Shown here: in pieces, positions 1-9,786 of the stretch | Layout of the letters: each line of letters opens with the position of its first letter | How positions within the stretch are numbered: position 1 is the stretch's first letter | Virus record (IMG/VR): IMGVR_UViG_3300008117_000049 | Span: 71,337-135,336 of that record | Source of the DNA: a virus | Reading direction: 5' to 3' (one strand) | DNA: 64,000 nt | Notes under the pieces: generated by a model | What the model saw: the letters and a program-made list of their open reading frames with translations, nothing else | What the model was told of the DNA's origin: nothing | The model's database searches: none | Position numbers and translations under genes: made by a program

Positions 1-1005
1 CAAGAGTGGGTTGAAAACCAGCGTAGGATTCACGAGAACCTACCAGTCATGCTCAGCGCAGTTGTTGGGCAAGTTCTAAATCCAGTTGTCGCATCTGACC
101 TAAACTTAGGTTATGACGAGACAGCAGGTAAAGCAGTTATTCGCAATCGTGATAACGCCAACACTGAGAAAGCAGGAGTTCAAGTGACGCAAGTCGACGC
201 TCTTGCTGGTGAAAGTTTTTATGTTCGCCCTAATGGACAGAAATACTTCACTCGTAAGTGGGGGCAACACACAGATGTTGAAGTTGCTCGTAGCCAGCGA
301 GCAAGTGCGACTGGAAAGTCAATCTTGCTTTATGGTGCACCGGGCACTGGAAAGACAGCAATGTTTGAAGGTGCTTTTGGTGACGACCTAATCACAGTTC
401 TTGGAACTGGCGACACCGAAGTTGGCGACCTAGTTGGTGGCTATGTTCAAACAATCGCTGGTGGCTTTGAGTGGGTGGATGGGCCGCTAGTGCGAGCAGC
501 AGAAGAGGGCAAAGTCCTACTGATTGACGAGATTGGTTTGATTGACCCCAAAGTTCTTTCAGTCGTCTATGGTCTTATGGATGGTCGTAGAGAACTCAAA
601 GTAACTGCCAACCCTGAACGAGCAATCGTTAAGGCTAAGGATGGTTTCTTCGTGGTGGCTGCTACTAACCCTAACGCTCCCGGAGTAAATCTTTCTGAGG
701 CTCTACTCTCTCGCTTTGGTATTCAAGCAGAAATGACTACTGACTGGACACTTGCTCGTAAGTTAGGAGTTCCAGCACAAGCAGTAACTTGTGCACAGAA
801 CCTAGCCAAAAAGCAACAGTCTGATGAAGTCAACTGGTCACCACAAATGCGTGAGTTGCTAGATTACAGAGACATCTCTGCTGAACTTGGTGCAGACTGG
901 GCAGTCTCTAACTTGATTGCCCAAGCACCAGTTGAAGACAGAGCGATTGTCGCTGATGTATTTACTCGTGTCTATGGCACAGAGTTCAAGCCAGCCAAAA
1001 TCTAG
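1..1005 (+). CDS. MoxR/CbbQ-like AAA+ ATPase, probably 5'-truncated by the window edge
   Basis: Walker A GAPGTGKT, Walker B LLIDE, WVDGPL, ATNP, EALLSRF; frame is open from base 1. Confidence 0.9.
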   Translation, partial: QEWVENQRRIHENLPVMLSAVVGQVLNPVVASDLNLGYDETAGKAVIRNRDNANTEKAGVQVTQVDALAGESFYVRPNGQKYFTRKWGQHTDVEVARSQRASATGKSILLYGAPGTGKTAMFEGAFGDDLITVLGTGDTEVGDLVGGYVQTIAGGFEWVDGPLVRAAEEGKVLLIDEIGLIDPKVLSVVYGLMDGRRELKVTANPERAIVKAKDGFFVVAATNPNAPGVNLSEALLSRFGIQAEMTTDWTLARKLGVPAQAVTCAQNLAKKQQSDEVNWSPQMRELLDYRDISAELGADWAVSNLIAQAPVEDRAIVADVFTRVYGTEFKPAKI

Positions 1006-1144
1006 GTCTCCGATTTTGGCTCGTGTGTGGGGTGGCTTACCCTTAGATTTCCGCCCCACACACACCCTAAAAATCTGGGAATAAATCTTGACATTTTTTA
1101 GTTTTATACAGTAAAGTAGTAGTAACAAGAAAAGGAGTTCAGAA

Positions 1145-3040
1145 ATGAGCCACTACAAAGTAAGCACCAAAACCATTGGTCGCACCCACCCTGACTGGTT
1201 GAAAGTCAATGCCAGCGTTGGCAAGATTGTCAACAAATGGTCGCTACGCCAAGACCTAGTTGTAGGTCTAGTTGAGGACACCACCATTGGTGCACCTGCG
1301 TGTTTCAATCCTGCCACAGCAGAGATTGAAGTTTGTATCAGCAAAGCGTTTGGCAATGTTGAGCCAAAAGAAGTTGGCGAACTTACACACCGAAAAAATC
1401 AACTTAAGCACCCAACTGCTACTGGTGCTATTTTCCACGAGGCACTCCACGCTAGGATTTCTCGCTGGTCATTAGAGCAAGCAGCAAAAGATTTAGATGC
1501 AAGACACTTGCGTTTCTTGCATGCTATGGAAGAGGGTCGCATTGAGTATTGGGGTTGCGTATTTGTTCCAGAGAACAGATTGCTACTTCGTGCTTGTGCA
1601 ATGGAAATCGTTATGGCAGAACTTGACGAGCAAGTTAAAAATGTTTCAAAAGTAGACGCTGCTGCCTTTACTGCTCTGCTCACTCTTGCGAGAGTAGACG
1701 CTGGCGTTTTGGATGCAAATGATGTTCCAGAAGTTGTTATGGAAATCCTGCACGAGGTTCTTGGTAAAGAGACCATTGACCAGTTGCGTGAAATCTGGAA
1801 AGAGTTCCAAGCACACAGCGACCACGAAAACGCATTACCACTTTACGAACTTACAAATCGTTTCATTGAAGTTCTTGATGCACGCAAAGATGAAGTTGGC
1901 GAGAAACCAACTGAAACACCAAAAGGTGGTTGCGAGTATCCGGGTGGAGAGAGTGGCACACCAGAACCGGGCACATCAAAGCCGAGCGAGGATGGCACAC
2001 CTACACCAAGCAACGAACCTACTGACGAGCAAGTCAAGCAGTTCAAGAAGTTCATTGAGCAAGTCAAAGACGCAGTTGAAGAAATGAAAGACATTGTTCA
2101 GATTGCCAACCAAGACGACATCAATGACGAGATTGACATGGATGAACGCAAAGAAGAAGTCGAGCAAAGAGACAAAGCACACGAAGAAAAGAAACATCGT
2201 GACAAGATTGCTGACGAAGTTTTCTCTGCTGGTTCTCACATAACTGGAATTAGAACCAACTCTGTTCTTCAAGACTCTCGCTCACCTAAGCCAGAAGAAC
2301 TGGCAGCAGCCAACAAAGTTGCTAACGCTTTGCGTAAAGCAAAGTATCGTGAGCGTTCACAAGTTCGTGCTGGTAGCGTTGTTCCACCAGGTCGCTTGCG
2401 TTCTCGTGCAGTTGTTCAGCGTGAGGCTCTTAAGGCTAAGGGCGTTGTATCTCCGATTGAAACTTGGAGACGCACACAGCGTAAGCAAACAGAAGACCCA
2501 ACATTAAAGGTTGGCGTTATGGTGGACATTTCTGGTTCTATGAAACCAGCAATGCAACCAATGGGCATTACTGCGTGGATTATGTCAGAGGCAGTTCGTA
2601 GGATTCAGGGCAAGTGTGCAATGGTCTATTACGGTCAGAATGTATTTGCCACTCTTAAGCCGGGACAGAAGTTGGACAAAGTGAAGACTTTCACTGCCAC
2701 CGACTCAACCGAAGAGTTTGCCAAAGCGTTCAAGGCTCTTGACAGTGGCTTGGGTCTAACCAGTGGAGACGGTGCGAGATTGCTCGTAGTTGTTTCTGAC
2801 GGTAGATACCGTAGCGACCAGCAAGCATACGCCAAGCAGTTGCTCAAAGAGGCTGACCGTAAGGGCGTGGCTATCTTGTGGCTGACATTTGACGGTAAGA
2901 CTGGCTACGCTAAGTCATACCTAGACGGAACAAGTGGCGAGATTGTATCGCTCAACAGCACCGAGTCGCCAGTCAAAGCAGCGCAGGTAATCGGACAGAC
3001 CGCGGCCAAAGTGGTCTCGGCAATCGGCTCACGAGTCTAA
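1145..3040 (+). CDS. VWA (CobT-like) partner of the AAA+ ATPase, with an N-terminal HExxH motif
   Basis: HEALH, acidic linker, MIDAS DISGS, VVVSDG; RBS aaggag. Confidence 0.88.
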   Translation: MSHYKVSTKTIGRTHPDWLKVNASVGKIVNKWSLRQDLVVGLVEDTTIGAPACFNPATAEIEVCISKAFGNVEPKEVGELTHRKNQLKHPTATGAIFHEALHARISRWSLEQAAKDLDARHLRFLHAMEEGRIEYWGCVFVPENRLLLRACAMEIVMAELDEQVKNVSKVDAAAFTALLTLARVDAGVLDANDVPEVVMEILHEVLGKETIDQLREIWKEFQAHSDHENALPLYELTNRFIEVLDARKDEVGEKPTETPKGGCEYPGGESGTPEPGTSKPSEDGTPTPSNEPTDEQVKQFKKFIEQVKDAVEEMKDIVQIANQDDINDEIDMDERKEEVEQRDKAHEEKKHRDKIADEVFSAGSHITGIRTNSVLQDSRSPKPEELAAANKVANALRKAKYRERSQVRAGSVVPPGRLRSRAVVQREALKAKGVVSPIETWRRTQRKQTEDPTLKVGVMVDISGSMKPAMQPMGITAWIMSEAVRRIQGKCAMVYYGQNVFATLKPGQKLDKVKTFTATDSTEEFAKAFKALDSGLGLTSGDGARLLVVVSDGRYRSDQQAYAKQLLKEADRKGVAILWLTFDGKTGYAKSYLDGTSGEIVSLNSTESPVKAAQVIGQTAAKVVSAIGSRV

Positions 3041-3072
3041 TCGGCTCGTGTAGAAGTAGGGGCTGGCAAGAG

Positions 3073-3121
3073 AACGGCTAGCCCTTACTTCAAACCTTAA
3101 CGGCAAGCCTAACGGCTTGCC
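3073..3121 (+). repeat. Cluster 1 of RACGGCNNGCC direct repeats (3 copies)
   Basis: aacggctagcc 3073, aacggcaagcc 3099, aacggcttgcc 3111. Confidence 0.8.
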
Positions 3122-3148
3122 TTAGATAGAAAGAATAGGAGACTAACG

Positions 3149-3553
3149 GTGGGACAGTATCACAGATTAGTTAACATAGATAAGCAAGAGTGGGTAGACC
3201 CTCACGGATTAGGTCTAGGGTCAAAGCAGTATGAGCAAACGGGTTGCGATGCATCACTAGCAGACGCAATGTATGTGCTTGTAATGACAAGCCCTGATAG
3301 TGGTGGTGGAGATTTCCCCATGACAGACATTTCTGGTCGCTGGGTAGGCGACAGAGTTTTGATTGTGGGAGATTACACAGACAAAGACGCAGTGCCCGGA
3401 TTTGTTGGGGCTGACGCTATTTATCAGTTGGCAGAGGCTCAATACAAAGACATTACCCCTGATGTTCGCAAAGCGTTGAGCAAAGTGTTCAGGATTGAAT
3501 ACAGCACAACGACTATGGGCAATCATACATTTTGGAACAGAGTTCTGGAATAA
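3149..3553 (+). CDS. Hypothetical phage protein
   Basis: RBS aggag, GTG start, 134 aa, followed by a terminator. Confidence 0.8.
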   Translation: MGQYHRLVNIDKQEWVDPHGLGLGSKQYEQTGCDASLADAMYVLVMTSPDSGGGDFPMTDISGRWVGDRVLIVGDYTDKDAVPGFVGADAIYQLAEAQYKDITPDVRKALSKVFRIEYSTTTMGNHTFWNRVLE

Positions 3554-3566
3554 ACCAAACGCAAAG

Positions 3567-3594
3567 AGTCCCCTGATTTTTCAGGGGATTTTTT
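3567..3594 (+). terminator. Intrinsic terminator
   Basis: agtcccctga-tttt-tcaggggatt followed by a T-tract. Confidence 0.8.
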
Positions 3595-3710
3595 GTTGCA
3601 CCTGGGGTAATACTTTTTCCATGCGAGAGGTTTGTTCCATGCTTCGCATGGAAAAACCAATAACCTGCGTTTCCTTATGTTTTTTCTTCGTTTGAAGGTG
3701 TCGTCTTCTT

Positions 3711-3727
3711 GTTCGCTCAGGGCGAAC
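3711..3727. promoter_or_regulatory. ClgR-type palindromic box GTTCGC-N5-GCGAAC; variants at 6346, 7435, 8052
   Basis: Perfect palindrome starting 36 bp before the GGAAG element; variants start 35 bp before theirs. Confidence 0.65.
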
Positions 3728-3813
3728 AGAAAAATACTTGCCAAAGGGAAGAAAATGTCAGCGTAGTGTGTTATCTTTCTTGTATGGGAAATGACAAAAC
3801 GATTGGAGACCAA

Positions 3814-4098
3814 ATGCAATACTCAACTCTTTTTCCAAAGGTAACCCTAGTAAAGCGTTCACAGGGACAGCGTGGGCAGTATGGGGCTAGAAAAGCCTAC
3901 ATGATTTACATAAGGCAGTTAAACCCCACAGGGCGTTGGTGCGTCTTTATGTCTTGGGGCAGAGAAGAAGCACCTAACTCTTGGATGGGCAGTGAAAAGA
4001 TTTTTGCGACAGAGCAGGAGGCAGTTGCTTTTGCTTGGGATAAGTTCTACGAAAAGATTGACAAAGGCTACACAGAAAAAGTCTTGAAAAATAGTTAA
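3814..4098 (+). CDS. WGR-domain protein
   Basis: WCVFMSWGR...EAVAFAWDKFYEKIDKGY; RBS ggag before ATG 3814. Confidence 0.7.
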   Translation: MQYSTLFPKVTLVKRSQGQRGQYGARKAYMIYIRQLNPTGRWCVFMSWGREEAPNSWMGSEKIFATEQEAVAFAWDKFYEKIDKGYTEKVLKNS

Positions 4099-4179
4099 AA
4101 ATAAACTTGACATTTGGGAATAAATCCTGAATAATCATAGTTATAGTTATTATAGAAGTTCTTTTGAAAGGAGAACAAA

Positions 4180-4509
4180 GTGGAAAGACTAGGAATCCAC
4201 ACTGAGTCAGCAAAGGCTCAGTTGCTAACAACCCCAATCAAGTTTGACTTGGCTGGTAAATCAGGAGTCACCATTGACTCTTTCGCTAACGCTGAGGGCG
4301 AGGCTATTTATCGTCTTCAATGGACTGACTATGTAGTAAATGAGTGGAACGAGTTTTACGCAACTCTTTCTCTTGCTCTTGCTCGCGTAGCAGTTCTATC
4401 TGCCTGTATCGAAGAAGACTTAAAGAACGAAGAAACATTGTTCTTTAAGAGCGACTCCGAGACTTTCGCAAACCACGCATACAACTTCATAAGCAACGAG
4501 GTGAAATAA
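4180..4509 (+). CDS. Hypothetical protein
   Basis: RBS gaaaggag, GTG start. Confidence 0.8.
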   Translation: MERLGIHTESAKAQLLTTPIKFDLAGKSGVTIDSFANAEGEAIYRLQWTDYVVNEWNEFYATLSLALARVAVLSACIEEDLKNEETLFFKSDSETFANHAYNFISNEVK

Positions 4510-4814
4510 TGACTGACAACAGAACCCACCCTTGCCCAACTTGTGATGGGCAGATTCCGAACAACGAAACTCCCGGAGCATACCCCGGTGCTATCTCACG
4601 CAAGGATAACAAAACAGAAATCTGTTCTGCGTGTGGAATGAACGAGGCTTTCGCAGATTACAAAAAGCAACTCAGGGAAGTTTCTGGGATTGTTTGGCAG
4701 TCAACTGTTTTGGCAGAAATGGTTGAGCACCTAAACGACAACGAGATTTCATTACTCGTCAACGCTCTCAATGACGCAGTTGCCGAAATCTGCGAGTCCT
4801 ACGACATAAAGTAG
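4509..4814 (+). CDS. Zn-ribbon hypothetical protein
   Basis: CPTC...ISRKDNKTEICSAC; TAATG coupling. Confidence 0.8.
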   Translation: MTDNRTHPCPTCDGQIPNNETPGAYPGAISRKDNKTEICSACGMNEAFADYKKQLREVSGIVWQSTVLAEMVEHLNDNEISLLVNALNDAVAEICESYDIK

Positions 4815-4899
4815 AAACTCTGGGTGTGGGGTTGCCAAGTGTCAGCCCCACACTCTATAATAAAATACATAACAACTCTCTTGAAAGGAGAACTGCCAA

Positions 4900-5310
4900 A
4901 TGGCAAACTACTACGCAACAGAAAGAACCAACTACTTCTTGGTTAACAACGAAGAGGGGTTCTTAGAAGATGTCCAAACTTTTTTGGGCAACCACGAAAT
5001 CCTTAGAAAAGAAAAGGATGGCAAAACTTATTTTGCGATTCTTGGGGATTATGAAAATGGGCAAGGGCTACCTGCTTATTACGAACACGAAGGCGACACA
5101 TTTGAGTTAGAGTGGGCTGACTTTTTCAAAGCACACTTGGCAGAGGGTTCTGTCGCAATCATCATGCACGCTGGTAACGAGAAAATGCGTTATGTAATGG
5201 GCTATGCTCACGCTTACAACTGGAAAGGCGAAGTTAAGACTATTGACCTGCGTGACATTTACGAACTTGCCAAAGAACTTGGCAACGACATTACAGAAGT
5301 GGAGTTTTAA
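4900..5310 (+). CDS. Hypothetical protein
   Basis: RBS gaaaggag; upstream TTGCCA-N18-TATAAT. Confidence 0.8.
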   Translation: MANYYATERTNYFLVNNEEGFLEDVQTFLGNHEILRKEKDGKTYFAILGDYENGQGLPAYYEHEGDTFELEWADFFKAHLAEGSVAIIMHAGNEKMRYVMGYAHAYNWKGEVKTIDLRDIYELAKELGNDITEVEF

Positions 5311-5505
5311 ATGGGTAAGCAAGTTTATTTCGTAGTCTATGCCGACTTAGATACCAAAGAACTAATCGTTGATGATGGAACTTTGGAGGCTCGTTTCAAC
5401 GAGGGTTCTATTTGGAACACCGAAACTAACGAGTGGGAAGACGAGGCTAAAATCAGCGAACTGGCTGAGGCACAAGAAATCCTTAAAAAAGGTTTAGTGG
5501 ACTAA
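5311..5505 (+). CDS. Hypothetical acidic protein
   Basis: Abuts the previous stop; RBS ggag. Confidence 0.7.
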   Translation: MGKQVYFVVYADLDTKELIVDDGTLEARFNEGSIWNTETNEWEDEAKISELAEAQEILKKGLVD

Positions 5506-5612
5506 CCATTGACAAGCGAAAGCCACTTGCCCTATACTTGTAGGGTGAGTGGTAATCGCCATTCACAACAAAGTGTAAAATGATTTATAGAAAAGATTGA
5601 GGTGAAAAAATC

Positions 5613-5879
5613 ATGAAGAAATACATTGTAGTTGCAGAAGTGAACTTTGAAGTTTATGACACTGACGAGTTCTCCGCTGAAAGACAGGGGCTTATTGCCC
5701 TAGCCAGATTTGTTGGCGACCCAGACGCAAGGGGGTATGACAACGAATACGCAGACTTGCCAACTCCGTCTATCCACCCAGTTACAATCAGGGTTGAAGA
5801 CGAGAATGGAAAGTTCTTGGCTGGCTCTACACCAGCAACCTTAAACAAGGTTGAAGACAAAGAAGAAACAGCAGAGTAA
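5613..5879 (+). CDS. Hypothetical protein
   Basis: RBS gaggtg; upstream TTGACA-N18-TATACT at 5509. Confidence 0.7.
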   Translation: MKKYIVVAEVNFEVYDTDEFSAERQGLIALARFVGDPDARGYDNEYADLPTPSIHPVTIRVEDENGKFLAGSTPATLNKVEDKEETAE

Positions 5880-5909
5880 TCTGCCTCAAACAGAAAGACA
5901 AAGAGACAA

Positions 5910-6188
5910 ATGAACCTAGCAATAGCACTCGGAAATACCATTAGAAAAATGCGAGTCGATAGGGAGATAACCCTAAGACAACTCAGCGCAAGGTCGCATA
6001 CTTCGCTTGGGTATCTGTCTGAGATTGAACGAGGAACGAAAGAAGTTTCTTCAACAGTCTTGCAGAGTATCGCAGATGGTTTAGATGTTCCGCTTTACTT
6101 AATACTTTCAGAATGCTCAGTATCACTAATGTGTGCAGACGAAAGAGAAAAAGAAAACCGGGGCATGGAAAATCTAGTAGCCTTCTAA
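5910..6188 (+). CDS. clgR: ClgR-like XRE helix-turn-helix transcriptional regulator
   Basis: LGNTIRKMR..TLRQLSARSHTSLGYLSEIERGTKEVSS..L.SIADGLDVPL resembles the actinobacterial ClgR signature (SLGYLSEVERGxKExSS). Confidence 0.75.
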   Translation: MNLAIALGNTIRKMRVDREITLRQLSARSHTSLGYLSEIERGTKEVSSTVLQSIADGLDVPLYLILSECSVSLMCADEREKENRGMENLVAF

Positions 6189-6208
6189 AAAACATAAGGA
6201 GAGACGAA

Positions 6209-6346
6209 ATGAACACATTGCTGAGGCTATCTGCCGAATCCACAGTGGACATCTACCTACTTGCTGAAAGTGAGGAGTTGATTGCTCTAATCAAACAGAA
6301 CAAGCCATACACCGAACTTTTGGAGTGGGTTAACGAGAACTTCTAG
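6209..6346 (+). CDS. Small hypothetical protein (45 aa)
   Basis: RBS aaggag before ATG 6209. Confidence 0.65.
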   Translation: MNTLLRLSAESTVDIYLLAESEELIALIKQNKPYTELLEWVNENF

Positions 6347-6463
6347 TTCTCTTAGAGCGAACAAAAAACTTTGGCGTTTTGGAATAAAATGTCAGTGTTG
6401 TAGGTTATAGTAAATGTATCAAGCAGAAATGCTTGGTGGCTAAACGAAGGAGATAGATACCAA

Positions 6464-6787
6464 ATGAAAAAGCCACTAACAAACATAATCAAGGGCAAGA
6501 CCGTAGAAGTTGGTTTTGACCACAATGTCCGAGTTGCATTGGACAAGTTCAGCGAGGCTCTGGAGGCTAAGAAGTTAGCCGACAAAGCCAAAGAAGAGGC
6601 TGAGGAAGTCTTAAGACTTGCTCTCGGTGACGCAGAGTTCGCTACCATTAGCGGACAAAAGGCGTTCAAAATGATGCAGGTAATTATGGACAGACCAGAC
6701 CTTAAGAAACTTCAAGCGGAGTTTCCAGAGGTCTACACCGCAGTCGCAGTTGACGGCTCTTACGAGTTCATCAGAGCGATAAACTAA
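6464..6787 (+). CDS. Hypothetical protein
   Basis: RBS aaggag; own promoter at 6381; hairpin downstream. Confidence 0.75.
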   Translation: MKKPLTNIIKGKTVEVGFDHNVRVALDKFSEALEAKKLADKAKEEAEEVLRLALGDAEFATISGQKAFKMMQVIMDRPDLKKLQAEFPEVYTAVAVDGSYEFIRAIN

Positions 6788-6952
6788 AAACTTGGTGGGC
6801 AGTGTTTCACTTCCTTTCAAATCACTGGCACTGCCCACCAAACAAACTCCGTTAGGTTTCACTTCCATTTTCCTAACGGCACGGCAAGCAAGAACCTGCC
6901 CTTTCTGTTTGCCAGCCCCTAACCGTATGACGCGGTTAGGGGTTTTACTTTT

Positions 6953-7088
6953 AACGGCTTGCCTAGAACGGCTAGCCCCTAACGGCTTGCCCTTTGTAGA
7001 AATGACGGCAAGCCTTTTACGCAAGCGTAGAACGCTTGACGGGAGACTTGACGGGTGCTTATAGCACAAGCGTAGAACGCTTGACGGG
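6953..7088 (+). repeat. Cluster 2 of RACGGCNNGCC repeats plus two 22-bp direct repeats
   Basis: Copies at 6953, 6967, 6981, 7004; caagcgtagaacgcttgacggg at 7022 and 7067. Confidence 0.8.
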
Positions 7089-7197
7089 TCGCTTTTATGT
7101 AATAGACGCACACAAACCCTAACGGGTCGTGTTTTTGCACCTGCAGAAGCAGAGTGGCTGAGGGAGAAGAAATAACATAAGCAACGCACAAGAGGAA

Positions 7198-7230
7198 GAA
7201 GCAGAAGCAGAAGCAGAAGCAGAAGCAGAA
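7198..7230 (+). repeat. (GAAGCA)5 microsatellite
   Basis: Five tandem hexamers, intergenic. Confidence 0.9.
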
Positions 7231-7518
7231 GAAACAATGCACATTGCGAAATAAAGCATAAGAAAGCATGAGGCAAAAATCTGGGATACCAGATTTTCCA
7301 TGCAACCCAGAAGTCCATGCTTCGCATGGAAAAATAAGGGACCCGGATTTTTACCTTTGAGATTTGGATGCAGAGGCGAAGATGAGATTTTTTTGTTCTT
7401 ATGTTTTTAATTTGAGTTTGGAGAAGATTTTTTTGTTCGCTCTGGGCAAACAAAAAGTTTTCCTGTTTGGGAAGATTTTGTCTGGGGTTGGAGTTATTGT
7501 ATGTATAGGAGGTGGAAC

Positions 7519-7671
7519 ATGAACCATAAAGTAGAGATACACATTGGCAATGTCAATGTGGGTAATCACTTCTTCGCTACGCTAGATGAGGCTAACGCCT
7601 TTGTTGAACTATTCAACTCATCTAAGCACAGCCTAGATAACTCGCTGGCTATGTATGTGAACGCTTACTAA
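7519..7671 (+). CDS. Small hypothetical protein (50 aa)
   Basis: RBS aggagg, promoter at 7470; below the ORF-track cutoff. Confidence 0.7.
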   Translation: MNHKVEIHIGNVNVGNHFFATLDEANAFVELFNSSKHSLDNSLAMYVNAY

Positions 7672-7683
7672 ATAGCCACCTGC

Positions 7684-7710
7684 GACCTGAGCAAGTCCTA
7701 AAACTGCTCT
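7684..7710 (+). ncRNA. Putative H-type pseudoknot element, copy 1
   Basis: gac-ctgagcaa-gtc-ctaaaac-tgctc; covarying copies at 8519 and 16528. Confidence 0.6.
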
Positions 7711-7738
7711 AAACCTATTCTTTGTAAGGAGGCGCTCA

Positions 7739-7870
7739 ATGGTAAAGTTTTACTTTATTTTTGATGGCTATGGTTATCCACTCTGCGATACTCACTCTGG
7801 GGGATTGCAACTTGGGGTGGAAACTGACCTAAGTTGTCATGCTTGCGACAAACTCGCTCAGGCTGAGTAG
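7739..7870 (+). CDS. Small Cys/His protein (43 aa)
   Basis: RBS aaggagg; CDTH...CHAC; terminator 7882-7915. Confidence 0.65.
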   Translation: MVKFYFIFDGYGYPLCDTHSGGLQLGVETDLSCHACDKLAQAE

Positions 7871-8137
7871 TCGCCACTAAAAGTCGCTCACTAGAAATAG
7901 TGGGCGATTTTTTTTGCATCCGAACTTGGCTGGGCCGGGGATTCCATAGTGCATGGAAAAACAGGGGACCGGGAAACTTGATGCGTCTTGCCTCAACTTC
8001 TATTTATTTGTTGTCTTATGTTTTTTCTCCAGGGCCTGGAGGCTTCTTAGCGTTCACTGAGGGAGAACAAAAAAAGTTGGCACATGGGAATAAAAAAGTA
8101 ATGTATTGGGTTATTATTTGTATGGAGGTGAAAAACT

Positions 8138-8512
8138 ATGGATAACTTAGAGACAAAAGTCACGCTTAACAGCGACTGCACTTGCGTTGATGAAGATGAC
8201 AACTTCATTGAAGAGTGTTTTGGTTGTTGGGATGATTCCAAGTATGACTTGGACTTACTTGTTAAAGAGGTTCAGGCTGATAAAGGCTGGACAGATGAGA
8301 CAGAGGTTCAGGTTGAATACAGGGGAGTATCTTGGCGTAGAGTATCTGGCGATTTTGTTATGGCGTTCAACGCTGATGACTTAATCAAGAGGTTCTCGCT
8401 CAATGGCGACTTCAAGTTGGTATTTACTTATGCCAATGGCGAGTTGGTATTGGTTCGCTATTCTCATGATGAGCCTGTTGGGACAGGCAACATCACTTTC
8501 AAGGCTATCTAG
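8138..8512 (+). CDS. Hypothetical protein
   Basis: RBS ggaggtg; promoter at 8087. Confidence 0.8.
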   Translation: MDNLETKVTLNSDCTCVDEDDNFIEECFGCWDDSKYDLDLLVKEVQADKGWTDETEVQVEYRGVSWRRVSGDFVMAFNADDLIKRFSLNGDFKLVFTYANGELVLVRYSHDEPVGTGNITFKAI

Positions 8513-8518
8513 TCTTGG

Positions 8519-8546
8519 CAACCTGAGCAAGTTGTAAAAAGGCTCA
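8519..8546 (+). ncRNA. Putative H-type pseudoknot element, copy 2
   Basis: caac-ctgagcaa-gttg-taaaaag-gctca. Confidence 0.6.
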
Positions 8547-8575
8547 ACACTACAAAAGTCTTAAGGAGGCTGATT

Positions 8576-8830
8576 ATGGAGAACTCAAAAAGAACTCTGG
8601 AACTAGAAACTAAAACTGTCTACACAATGTTAGATACAATGGGGGACATTATCATTACTTCTGTCGAACTTCAAAAACAAATGGAGTTGGCTGGTAAAAA
8701 GATACCAAAAAAGTTATCTAAACAAACTCGCAAGATTATTCTGGCTCACGCTGATTTACAGATTGCAAATAAGCGTGTTGAAACTGCCGAGTTGGAGTCA
8801 ATCTTCTCTATGGATTCATTCCAAAAGTAA
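8576..8830 (+). CDS. Hypothetical protein
   Basis: RBS aaggagg; terminator 8841-8872. Confidence 0.75.
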   Translation: MENSKRTLELETKTVYTMLDTMGDIIITSVELQKQMELAGKKIPKKLSKQTRKIILAHADLQIANKRVETAELESIFSMDSFQK

Positions 8831-9123
8831 TCTCAAAACAAAAGTCCCGCGTTGGAAGACGCGGGATTTTTTGTGCCGTTTTTTGTGGGGTAGGGATTTT
8901 TCCATGCCATCCATGAGCATGGAAAAACACGCCACCCGGCTCCGACCTGAGATGGAGAAGAGTTCTTGTCAGTGTGCTGGTGTATCTCGGAAAAAACATA
9001 AGAACACCGAAAACCTGTGCGATAGGCAAAGATAACGATTTGGTAACGAAAGAAAAAAGTTTGCTGTTCGGGAATAAAAAGTCAGTGCGACCTGTTATAG
9101 TTAGTATGAAAGGAGGTAGTCAA

Positions 9124-9582
9124 ATGACTATCACATCACCCACCCCGGCTCGCCCGGCCTCTGAAAAGCAGGTTGCTTTTCTCAAAACCCTTATTAGCGA
9201 AAGGGCAAACGACCTTGTTGTTGATTTTGCCACTCTCACTTCTAAGCAAGCCAGCGACCTTATTGGTTCGCTAATCTCCGCCCCACGCAACAACGCCCCT
9301 GTTGCTGAAGGTATGTATCGCAACGCCAATGGCGTTATCTACAAGGTTCAAGCAAGTCGAGAGACAGGCAACCTTTACGCAAAAGTCCTTGATGTTGCTG
9401 AACGCAAGTTCATCTACGAGCAGGGCGCTATGCGTGGTCTAACTGCCGAAATGCGTATGACTATTGAAGAGGCGAAAGCCTTTGGCGTTGAATACGGTTT
9501 CTGCGTATGGTGCGGTAAGTTCCTTACCGACCCTGTATCAGTTGCTCAGGGTATCGGCCCGGTTTGTGCGGGTAGGGTCTAA
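9124..9582 (+). CDS. DUF6011-like Zn-finger protein
   Basis: C-terminal CVWCGKFLTDPVSVAQGIGPVC; RBS aaggagg. Confidence 0.75.
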   Translation: MTITSPTPARPASEKQVAFLKTLISERANDLVVDFATLTSKQASDLIGSLISAPRNNAPVAEGMYRNANGVIYKVQASRETGNLYAKVLDVAERKFIYEQGAMRGLTAEMRMTIEEAKAFGVEYGFCVWCGKFLTDPVSVAQGIGPVCAGRV

Positions 9583-9728
9583 TGGCTACCAACACCGAAC
9601 CTAAGTCGGCTTGCTGTAACGCCGACTACCTGTGGCTACATTGTGACGAGTGCGAACTTGCGCTCAATGACGGTGAGGGTCACGACTTCGCTACTTGTTC
9701 AAACTGCGGTGCGGACATAGACGACTAA
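9582..9728 (+). CDS. Small Cys-rich protein (48 aa)
   Basis: TAATG coupling; SACC..CDEC..CSNC. Confidence 0.65.
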   Translation: MATNTEPKSACCNADYLWLHCDECELALNDGEGHDFATCSNCGADIDD

Positions 9729-9786
9729 ACACGGCTCGCCCCTAGAAAGCCCTTGCTGGAAACGGCAAGGGTTTTTCTTTATCTGG

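Noticed and set aside
6611-7453. 280-aa minus-strand ORF with a poly-Leu run
   Set aside because: Arises from the GAAGCA microsatellite and repeat DNA; no RBS; overlaps a real + strand gene
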